Positions 53,801-64,000 of a DNA stretch of 64,000 nucleotides are shown one piece after another. A model generated the notes under the pieces. It ran no database searches. It was not told the origin of the DNA and saw nothing but the letters and a program-made list of their open reading frames with translations. Source of the stretch: Antedon mediterranea (Eukaryota > Animalia > Echinodermata); contig NC_092671.1 in assembly GCF_964355755.1 (NCBI RefSeq), positions 16,430,001-16,494,000 on the forward strand, given 5' to 3'. The position numbers were made by a program, and so were the translations under genes. Position 1 is the first letter of the stretch. Every line of letters begins with the position of its first letter.

Positions 53801-56800
53801 TTATAGTATATTTTTTAACCCATTTGTTACAAATTCTTTCTCTTTTATTGCTACTTTCCTTTTCTAAAATCATCAGTGTTAATTTTAATCTGAAGAGCTG
53901 ATGCTATTAAATTTGGTTACTTAAAGGTAGCATTTTTGTGTATATAGATGATATCGACAGCCTCATAACAAAAGTGTCTAAGTCATAATTTTTTTTTTCT
54001 GCCTACCTCACTGCTTATATCAATATACTATATTTTTTGTGTTTCTGCCTAAGTCAGCTGTGTGACTTAGGCAATTAAGGAGAGCTGACTTGTGATCTGC
54101 CTAACTCACTGCTTATATCAATATACTATATTTTTTTGTGTTTCTGCCTAAGTCAGCTGTGTGACTTAGGCAATTAAGGAGAGCTGACTTATGATCTGCC
54201 TAACTCACTGCTTATATCTTTATACTGCCCTCTGTACATTATCTGAGTGCTTTTATATACATTTGCACATGCTCAGATCGTTTTTTGTGTTTCTGCCTAA
54301 GTCAGCTGTGTGACTTAGGCAATTAAGGAGAGGAGACTCATGATTTTTTAAATAAAATAAGAAATACATTTTTATAGTATATTTTTTAACCCATTTGTTA
54401 CAAATACTTTCTCTTTTATTGCTACTTTCCTTTTCTAAAATCATCAGTGTTAATTTTAATCTGAAGAGCTGATGCTATTAAATTTGGTTACTTAAAGGTA
54501 GCATTTTTTTGTATATAGATGATATCGACAGCCTCATAACAAAAGTGTCTAAGTCATAATTTTTTTTTTCTGCCTACCTCACTGCTTATATCAATATACT
54601 ATATTTTTTGTGTTTCTGCCTAAGTCAGCTGTGTGACTTAGGCAATTAAGGAGAGCTGACTTGTGATCTGCCTAACTCACTGCTTATATCAATATACTAT
54701 ATTTTTTTGTGTTTCTGCCTAAGTCAGCTGTGTGACTTAGGCAATTAAGGAGAGCTGACTTATGATCTGCCTAACTCACTGCTTATATCTTTATACTGCC
54801 CTCTGTACATTATCTGAGTGCTTTTATATACATTTGCACATGCTCAGATCGTTTTTTGTGTTTCTGCCTAAGTCAGCTGTGTGACTTAGGCAATTAAGGA
54901 GAGGAGACTCATGATTTTTTAAATAAAATAAGAAATACATTTTTATAGTATATTTTTTAACCCATTTGTTACAAATACTTTCTCTTTTATTGCTACTTTC
55001 CTTTTCTAAAATCATCAGTGTTAATTTTAATCTGAAGAGCTGATGCTATTAAATTTTGTTACTTAAAGGTAGAATTTTTTGTATATAGATGATATCGACA
55101 GCCTCATAACAAAAGTATCTAAATCATAATTTTTGTTTTGTTTTTCTGCCTAACTCACTCATGCTTATATCAATATACTATATTTGTTGTGTTCTGCCCA
55201 AGTCAGCTGTGTGACTTAGGCAATTAAGGAGAGCTGACTTATGATCTGCCTAACTCACTGCTTATATCTTTATACTGCCCTCTGTACATTATCTGAGTGC
55301 TTTTATATACATTTGCACATGCTCAAATCGTTTTTTTTTTGTGTTTCTGCCTAAGTCAGCTGTGTGACTTAGGCAATTAAGGAGAGGAGACTCATGATTT
55401 TTTATTAAATAAAATAAGAAATACATTTTTATAGTATATTTTTTAACCCATTTGTTACAAATTCTTTCTCTTTTATTGCTACTTTCCTTTTCTAAAATCA
55501 TCAGTGTTAATTTTAATCTGAAGAGCTGATGCTATTAAATTTTGTTACTTAAAGGTAGAATTTTTTGTATATAGATGATATCGACAGCCTCATAACAAAA
55601 GTGTCTAAGTCATAATTTTTTTTTCTGCCTAACTCACTGCTTATATCAATATACTATATTTTTTGTGTTTCTGCCTAAGTCAGCTGTGTGACTTAGGCAA
55701 TTATGGAGAGCTGACTTATGATCTGCCTAAGTCACTGCTTATATCTTTATACTGCCCTCTGTACATTATCTGAGTGCTTTTATATACATTTGCACATGCT
55801 CAGATCGTTTTTTGTTTTGTTTTTGCCTAAGTCAGCTGTGTGACTTAGGCAATTAAGGAGAGGAGACTCATGATTTTTTAAATAAAATAAGAAATACATT
55901 TTTATAGTATATTTTTTAACCCATTTGTTACAAATTCTTTCTCTTTATTGCTACTTTCCTTTTCTAAAATCATCAGTGTTAATTTTAATCTGAAGAGCTG
56001 ATGCTATTAAATTTGGTTACTTTAAGGTAGCATTTTTTTGTATATAGATGATATCGACAGCCTCATAACAAAAGTGTCTAAGTCATAATTTTTTTTTTCT
56101 GCCTACCTCACTGCTTATATCAATATACTATATTTTTTGTGTTTCTGCCTAAGTCAGCTGTGTGACTTAGGCAATTAAGGAGAGCTGACTTATGATCTTC
56201 CTAACTCACTGCTTATATCAATATACTATATTTTTTGTGTTTCTGCCTAAGTCAGCTGTGTGACTTAGGCAATTAAGGAGAGCTGACTTATGATCTGCCT
56301 AACTCACTGATTATATCTTTATACTGCCCTCTGTACATTATCTGAGTGCTTTTATATACATTTGCACATGCTCAGATCGTTTTTTGTTTTGTTTTTGCCT
56401 AAGTCAGCTGTGTGACTTAGGCAATTAAGGAGAGGAGACTCATGATTTTTTAAATAAAATAAGAAATACATTTTTATAGTATATTTTTTAACCCATTTGT
56501 TACAAATTCTTTCTCTTTATTGCTACTTTCCTTTTCTAAAATCATCAGTGTTGATTTTAATCTGAAGAGCTGATGCTATTAAATTTGGTTACTTAAAGGT
56601 AGCATTTTTTTGTATATAGATGATATCGACAGCCTCATAACAAAAGTGTCTAAGTCATAATTTTTTTTTTCTGTCTACCTCACTGCTTATATCAATATAC
56701 TATATTTTTTGTGTTTCTGCCTAAGTCAGCTGTGTGACTTAGGCAATTAAGGAGAGCTGACTTATGATCTGCCTAACTCACTGCTTATATCAATATACTA

Positions 56801-57662
56801 TATTTTTTGTGTTTCTGCCTAAGTCAGCTGTGTGACTTAGGCAATTAAGGAGAGCTGACTTATGATCTGCCTAACTCACTGATTATATCTTTATACTGCC
56901 CTCTGTACATTATCTATCTTTTATATACATTTGCACATGCTCAGATCGTTTTTTGTGTTTCTGCCCAAGTCAGCTGTGTGACTTAGGCAATTAAGGAGAG
57001 GAGACTCATGATTTTTTAAATAAAATACGAAATACATTTTTATAGTATATTTTTTAACCCATTTGTTACAAATTCTTTCTTTTTTATTGCTACTTTCCTT
57101 TTCTAAAATCATCAGTGTTAATTTTAATCTGAAGAGCTGATGCTATTAAATTTTGTTACTTAAAGGTAGAATTTTTTTGTATATAGATGATATCGACAGC
57201 CTCATAACAAAAGTGTCTAAGTCATAATTTTTGTTTTGTTTTTCTGCCTAACTCACTCATGCTTATATCAATATACTATATTTGTTGTGTTCTGCCCAAG
57301 TCAGCTGTGTGACTTAGGCAATTAAGGAGAGCTGACTTATGATCTGCCTAACTCACTGCTTATATCTTTATACTGCCCTCTGTACATTATCTGAGTGCTT
57401 TTATATAGACATTTGCACATGCTCAGATCGTTTTTTTTTTGTGTGTTTCTGCCTAAGTCAGCTGTGTGACTTAGGCAATTAAGGAGAGGAGACTCATGAT
57501 TTTTTATTAAATAAAATAAGAAATACATTTTTAGAGTATATTTTTTAACCCATTTGTTACAAATTCTTTCTCTTTTATTGCTACTTTCCTTTTCTAAAAT
57601 CATCAGTGTTAATTTTAATCTGAAGAGCTGATGCTATTAAATTTTGTTACTTAAAGGTAGCA

Positions 57663-58470
57663 TTTTTAGTCGCGTGAAAGCGACTCTATAGTTCACTATG
57701 TCTGTCTGTCGGTCTGTCTGTCGGTCTGTCTGTCGGTCTGTCTGTCGGTCTGTCTGTCTGTCTGTCGGTCCGGTATCACTATGCGTTTTATCGCTTTATG
57801 ACCTTATCTTGATATCAGTTTAATCTAGCTAAGTCAATTTTTCACAGAATATTCTCTTATGGCCAGGAATCGATGTGGTTATGTTTTCACGGTGCGCAAT
57901 AAAAAATTACGCGGTCTACGCACGATTTAACGAAATCACGTTTGTAATCATTATCTTAACAACCATGAATCACAATTAAATAAAATTTGGTACTCATAAA
58001 TTTCAGGGCATAAATCATCATATAGCAATACAATTACGTGCGTAGCGCATGTAACGCATGCGTACGCGCGCTTAAAATTTTCCAAATTTATTTTCGATGA
58101 AATAAGAGTACGTTTCAGGCAATTTTAAGCGTTTACAAAATTGCCATGAGTGCGCAGATTTTTTCGTGCGCACTGCGCGTTAAATGTTATTGCGCACTCA
58201 TTTTGCCCGATTTCTGTTTTCTTGACTTACTTTTCAACTCGAAATTACGTTATACGAGCACGTCAAAAGTGACAGGCTACGCACGTGTAAATTAAAAAAA
58301 TTTAAATGTTTTTAAACATTTCAACATTTTTAAACATGTTCAGTAATTTCGGTCAGTATAGTTCACTATGTCGGTCGGTCCGTCTGTCTGTCGGTCTGTC
58401 GGTCTGTTTGTCTGTCGGTCCGGTATCACTATGCATTGTAGCACGCGACTTAATGGCTGTTGGCCTTGTT
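57663..58470 (+). mobile_element. Duplicate of the 50045-50852 HINE-like element
   Basis: Same sequence and flanks at an offset of 7618 bp. Confidence 0.75.
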
Positions 58471-58719
58471 TATATACATCTGCACATGCTCATATCGTTT
58501 TTTTGTGTTTCTGCCTAAGCCAGCTGTGTGACTTAGGCAATTAAGGAGAGCTGACTTATGATCTGCCTAACTCACTGCTTATATCTTTATACTGCCCTCT
58601 GTACATTATCTGAGTGCTTTTATATACATTTGCACATGCTCAGATCGTTTTTTGTGTTTGCAATTAAGGAGAGGAGACTCATGATTTGTTAAATAAAATA
58701 AGAAATACATTTTTATAGT

Positions 58720-58800
58720 ATATAGTTCACTATGTCGGTCGGTCGGTCGGTCTGTCGGTCTGTCTGTCGGTCCGGTATCACTATGCGTTTTATCGCTTTT
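58720..58800 (+). mobile_element. HINE-like core fragment at the right edge of satellite C
   Basis: TATAGTTCACTATGTCGGTCGGTC...CCGGTATCACTATGCGTTTTATCGCTTT. Confidence 0.65.
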
Positions 58801-59640
58801 CAAAAAAATTACCAAATTTCAACCTTTTTACTTTACGTCATAACTGGTTACTATATTATAATATCGATACTTTTACTTTTATTTTTTGACATAAATGGTT
58901 ACTATATCATAATTTTTTTTTTTTCAAAAATGTCCCTGAACTATAGTACAGGAATTTGCACTCTGCGGATGTTTATTATGCAATAGTAACTATTTACGTC
59001 AAACAATAAAAGGGTCGAAAATCGGATATTTTTCGAAAATTTCTCTGTACTATAGTACAGGGATTTTTAAAGAAATGGCAAATTTTCTACCTTTTTATTT
59101 ACTATGCTATATTAACCATTTATGTCAAAACTGGTTACTATAGCACAATTGACATGCGCAGAACCCATTATTCGTCTCTGCGCATGTTTGTTATGCAATA
59201 GTAACCATTTATGTCAAAAAATAAAAGCCATTTTTCAAAAATTTCCTTGTACAGGGATTTTTTTTTTAAATGGCCAATTTTCGACCTTTTTATTTCGATA
59301 AAACTGGTTACTATAGCACAATTGACATGCGCAGAACTTATTATTAGCCTCTGCGCATGTTTATTATGCTATATTAACCATTTATGTTAAAACTGGTTAC
59401 TATAGCACAATTGACATGCGCAGAACCCATTATTCGTCTCTGCGCATGTTTATTATGCAATATTAACCATTTATGTCAAAAAATAAAAGGGTCGAAAATC
59501 GGCAATTTTTCGAAAATTTCCCTGTACTATCGTTCAGGGATTTTTCAAAAAATTTCACATTTTCGACCTTTTTATTTTTCGATAAAACTGGTTACTATAG
59601 CACAATTGACATGCGCAGAACCCATTATTCGTCATTATTT
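58800..59640. repeat. Modular repeat family X, middle part (internal ~80-bp duplications)
   Basis: AACTGGTTACTATAGCACAATTGACATGCGCAGAAC repeated 4 times. Confidence 0.7.
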
Positions 59641-59799
59641 GCATATAATAATGTAAATGCAGACAAACACAAGGACAACAATAAAAACGACAACAACAAC
59701 AACAGGTAAGTTAGTAAATGAATATAATGAAGAAAACATCATAAGGAACGGAATTGTGATATTATAATAAAAAACTTCGGTTAGCATTGTTAACTACAA

Positions 59800-60614
59800 T
59801 ATATGATAAGGTCTAAGAGTGGTCATGAATGTTCAAGCGTTTAAGTCTTTTAGACACCTGAATAGATCCGACTGATTGCAGACGACCAATTTCGTCGATG
59901 CGTTGGTGGGTATGCAAATTTTCCCATCTTGAGTCCAGATGGATTTTATTGATTTGGCATACTTCGTCTTAACGTCTCGTAGTAGCTTTGACCGTCAGGT
60001 TTTCGTGCACAAAATATTGGGTGCCTTTGAAACGTTTCTTAGATTTGAAAATCTCGCTTCTCCTCTTGTAATTGGTAAACTTGATCATGATACTCCTCGA
60101 TTTTTTGTTGGTATCGGCGTCCTCTTTTCGGTTCCTACCTATGAGATCGATCAATATCTGTGTTATCAATAGAAACGTTCAGTTTTTCTTTGAAGACCTT
60201 TATTACTTCAATGTCGGTACTTTCATTTAGCGTTTCAGGGACCCCATGTAGAATTAGATAATTTCGTCTGGAATACTGCTCTGCATTATCGATATCATTT
60301 TCTAACCCTGTAATTCGTTCTTCTAGGGTGCCTATCTTAGAGTTCGTTTCGTTAATGTCAAAATGTATAGAGTCTCTGATAAGGAGAGTAAGTTTACCGA
60401 TAATTTCGTCATGAACGACATTAGAAACAGCTTCAGCGATTTTCGTCATAAAAGGGGAATCAGATGCAAGGCATTTCTGCAATTCGGAGTCAATCCTTTC
60501 TTTTACATCTAAATCATTAATGCATTCCTTTTGTTTTTCAGGCTGGCTGCTGTCCTCAACAGAATCTGTCGTTTGCTCGTCGGAATGTGCCTTTTTCTTC
60601 TTGCTACCTGCCAT
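59800..60614 (-). pseudogene. Frameshifted LINE ORF1-like (L1/CR1-type coiled coil + RRM) sequence
   Basis: MAGSKKK...LEERITGLENDIDNAEQYSRRNYLILHGVPE...IDRSHR, frameshift at ~60135, IGR...IMIKFTNYKRR...FVHENLT, then a further shift to WTQDGKI. No ORF2 follows. Confidence 0.75.
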
Positions 60615-61586
60615 CGAGTTAGAATTAAATGGAGATAACACAGCAAAGCAAGTTGAAAACGCCCACAGGCAAAGTATGCACAAGCAAATTATGCAGTAGA
60701 AGTCCGTGGTTTGGTATAGTGTGGGACAGCTGTATGCTTAATAGTTGATCAATACAAGTGACAGATTGCTGTGTGCCTAGTAGTTGGTCAAGCTTGAATG
60801 GGAATTTGTTAACAATGCTAAAACATGCGCAGAACACTTTATATGAGTCTGCGCATATCAATTATGATATAGTAACCAGTTATATAACAAAATAAAAGGG
60901 TCGAAATTTGGCAATATTTCCCTCTTACATGGAATTTTTACAAAATGGCCAAATTTCGACCATTTTATTTTTTGCCATGACATGCGCAAAACAAATTACT
61001 TGATTCAGCGCATTTCCCTGTACATTTATGTGACACACGCAGATTTCTGCGCATATTACCTCAATACATTTGTTACTAATCATTTATTTATTGGTAATTG
61101 TGTGTATTTTTATGATGATTTTCCTAATAAATTGAAATCAATGTGACATGCGCAAAATCATATAATGTGATAGCGATATTATCGCATAATTGAAACACAT
61201 TAACAGCTATACATTTAATTTAATTGGAAACTAATTACAATATTTCAAAATTCAAGATATATAAGTGCATTTATAGTACAAAGTGTTTAGCTTGATCCAC
61301 CAATATTAAAACATTCATTTAATAAAGATAGGTTCGCGGTATGTTATTATTTCCTTTTGGAAACAAATGGTGTATTGCAAACCTAGTTTTTATTCGCCAT
61401 GTCATTCGCCAAACAATATAACATTCACTTAAATTTAGTAGTATTTTCTTTCAACGGAATAAATATATACAGTTAATTGGTTAATACCAATTATTCGAAT
61501 TTAAATTTTATTTGACAAATCGAAACACGTAAATAGTTCAATGATTCAAGACGATGCATTGCTGCATCAATTCTATTGCTTCTAGC

Positions 61587-62696
61587 TTACTTGCCAATGG
61601 TGCTTGAAACCGTAACGGCAGATGAAGATTTCATCGAATTGATTGATTTTCCCGATTTTGGTTTCTCATCTGAAGAAACACCGATCAATTTCAAGAAACC
61701 TTGTCTGTAGGCTTTGTTTGAAGCATTGTAAATTATCGGATTGATGGCTGAATTTATGAAAGCAAGAAATCTAAAAATATTATAAATCCAAATGACAATG
61801 GCAATATCAGCGGCACCAAAATAATAAAAAATGTACATAATATTTAGTGGCGCGGTAAGTAGAACGTAGACTGAAACGGTAATGATCACCGTTCGCAACG
61901 CTTTCATTTCATAGTTGACGCGGTTACTGGCTGATGACGCTTCTTTCTGTGATTTCTTAAACGGCCCGCGCACAGACAAGAACACCATACCGTACAGCGG
62001 AATCATTAATAAAAGGTAAAGAATAGACAGACAGACATCGAATAGAGTTATATAACCATTGATATCACATATCTCAGGAGTAGAGGCAAAATCACAGACT
62101 GTACATATAGTTGTAGAGTTTGGTGCATCATTTGTCATATCTGGCCAAGGAAACTCCAACGGAGTTTTAGTAACTAAAAATAGCACACGAGACTGCCATA
62201 GCAATGTAAGAAACCATATTGCACAACATATTTTGATCGTGCGCTTCTTGGACACGTACGCGCGATATTTCAAAGGTTTTGTAATGGCTAAAAACCGTTC
62301 GACAGAAATCGCCATGGTAATAGTACCGGATAGCTGGTAGGTTGAATCCACGGCAAAATAATTGAACTTGCAATATTCCACCGGAAACCAGCTGTTATCG
62401 TAGTAAAGGTGAATGGGACTTTCAGTCACGGTTACCCACATATAAATTGGCGCAATTACTAGAAATAAACAGTCTGACATCGCTAGGTTTATCAAGTAGA
62501 TATTCAACGAATTCCGCAAACGTGGGTTAGTACTCAGGACGACGATAGTTAACACGTTGCCTATGATACCAATCAACACCACAGTTGGTACAAAAAAGAG
62601 TGTAGCATAAACTTGCCAATCGGCAAACAAAAATGGTTCCATCACTTCCTCCCAATTGTATTCTTGGTACGCGTTGCTGCTACTGTTGATCTCCAT
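61587..62696 (-). CDS. Class A (rhodopsin-like) GPCR, peptide-receptor-like, 369 aa, intronless CDS
   Basis: 7 hydrophobic segments; TM1 GIIGN, TM2 NLAMSD, TM3 Cys and SVERFLAI, TM4 W, TM6 P, TM7 NSAINPIIY; N-glycosylation sequon NSS at the N-terminus. Confidence 0.93.
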   Translation of the reverse strand: MEINSSSNAYQEYNWEEVMEPFLFADWQVYATLFFVPTVVLIGIIGNVLTIVVLSTNPRLRNSLNIYLINLAMSDCLFLVIAPIYMWVTVTESPIHLYYDNSWFPVEYCKFNYFAVDSTYQLSGTITMAISVERFLAITKPLKYRAYVSKKRTIKICCAIWFLTLLWQSRVLFLVTKTPLEFPWPDMTNDAPNSTTICTVCDFASTPEICDINGYITLFDVCLSILYLLLMIPLYGMVFLSVRGPFKKSQKEASSASNRVNYEMKALRTVIITVSVYVLLTAPLNIMYIFYYFGAADIAIVIWIYNIFRFLAFINSAINPIIYNASNKAYRQGFLKLIGVSSDEKPKSGKSINSMKSSSAVTVSSTIGK

Positions 62697-64000
62697 TTTC
62701 TTTTGAAACAGGAAATAACAAACGCATTAGATAATATTTAAATATAATTTCCTTTGAAAAAAAAAGTACAACTCACTACCGCTATAGAAGTGCCTAAAGG
62801 TTGGTTTTGGTTGCCATCGTTGGACGCAAAACAAGGACGTAGGCGAAAAGTCGTTTAAGCCTACTGGTTAGTAAATACAATTTAGAAACTTACCTTCGGC
62901 CGTCCGTTGTCAGTACGTTATGGTGGTTACCTTACTTTGCGCTACCCAGAAGCAGGTTAATTAAGTAGGCTTGAACTGTAACAAAAACATTCACAAAAAA
63001 TAAGTATACGTTAGAAAATGATGCCACAAATAAAGTTGGTCGCCAAAATTCGTAAGTAATTAGAAATACTTTTGTACGCGGGCACCACATGAATTCAGTT
63101 ACTACTTAAATTTTATTTCTAGTCTACGGATCGGTTAAAACGTAATAGACTTACATGTACAGAGCTTCAAGATGATCTGATATTTCAAAGCACAGAATAA
63201 ATTTCATATAATAGACAAAACCATTATTTAAAATGTTATGCGAGAAGATAAGGTGGTTCTCTTGCGCATTCAGCAAACTACGCATCGCCTGTTATTATAT
63301 TTGCCTATAATAATTAAGTGAAGCAAACATCAGTAAGCAATTGGGAAGTAAACATCATGAATATAACCAATGATGCATGGTTTTCAGTACTCGGGCATGC
63401 GCACAAACCATTTATAAATGTAATGACGACTAATTAAAATTAGATTATGGTCCGTTGTGTGTGCTGGGATCACCCACCGACGTGTTAAGAGAAAGAAATG
63501 TATATGGAAATAAAAGTGGAAAGAACCCACGTAAGTTAAGACTGTTAGGTTAAAATGTTATGCTGACCGTAAAAATATAACATGGTTAAGCAAAATTCAT
63601 AAACACATTTTTAAAATAAATTTTTCGCAAAGCTTGGTCGTCAGAACATGGTTGTTTCAGGGCCCATGTAATATTCTTTTTTAGGTAATAACCTATCTGA
63701 TCTCAGTGTTCTTTATGCTTTTGGAAATTAATATATAATTTTTGTTTTTTGCCTATAACTTAAATACTCGCATAACGGAGAATACGTGTACTACAAAATG
63801 GTCTGTGCACTTAACTAATAAACGGAATGCATTTATGTGGTTTTTACCTAGAGTTGGTAGTTTTTTAGGTTTACAGCTTCATTTGTCAATTGTTTTACAA
63901 CTTTCAGAAACTATTCCGAAAAGTTTGGCAAGAATGTTTTGTTGAAATGTTTGCCTTTTTCTAAACAGAAAGAGAAATAATAATTTCTGGAAAACCTGGA

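Larger units (their letters stand above)
44380..58720 (+). repeat. Complex satellite C: ~24 monomers of 470-575 bp, 2.1-kb 4-mer HOR, ~7.0-7.6-kb super-repeat
   Basis: Each monomer has 2-3 copies of the hairpin TGCCTAAGTCA-GCTGTG-TGACTTAGGCA. ORF-track offsets give periods of 2103 (45103->47206), 7048 (45103->52151) and 7618 (47206->54824, 50688->58306). Confidence 0.95.

Noticed and set aside
44530-57603. Multicopy 63-88 aa 'MILEKESSNKRE...' ORF family
   Set aside because: By-product of satellite monomers; frames vary with poly-T length, many monomers are disrupted, and there is no recognisable domain.
44380-58720. CRISPR-like array (palindromic repeat plus spacers)
   Set aside because: Spacers are reiterated and up to ~300 bp rather than unique, there are no cas genes, and the context is eukaryotic; it is a satellite.
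60615-60683. N-terminal extension of the 182-aa ORF
   Set aside because: The track starts at a non-ATG codon; the first ATG is at 60614 (MAGSKKK).

Overview
AT-rich eukaryotic (invertebrate animal, possibly echinoderm-like; inferred from composition only) genomic DNA. It holds two head-to-head gene pairs. The first is AGAP1/centaurin-gamma (only coding exon 1, - strand; its intron runs off the left edge) facing ABRACL (+). The second is a full-length NNT with a single coding exon (-) facing a 9-coding-exon IDH2 (+). NNT and IDH2, both mitochondrial NADPH-producing enzymes, appear to share a short YY1/ETS promoter at ~20.1-20.2 kb. IDH2 appears to have two possible N-termini: a promoter-proximal micro-exon (MSKVNF, no presequence) and a presequence-like exon 12.6 kb downstream. 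Between them lies a ~10.7-kb foldback structure: a 97-bp satellite, a ~193-bp satellite, then the 97-bp satellite inverted. The right third holds a ~14.3-kb hairpin-bearing satellite with 2.1-kb and ~7.0-7.6-kb higher-order repeats, bracketed and interrupted by DINE-1/HINE-like (Helentron-type) elements. It is followed by a frameshifted LINE-ORF1-like insertion and an intronless class A GPCR (-). Several MITEs occur, one nested inside another. All calls were made by eye; no searches were run.
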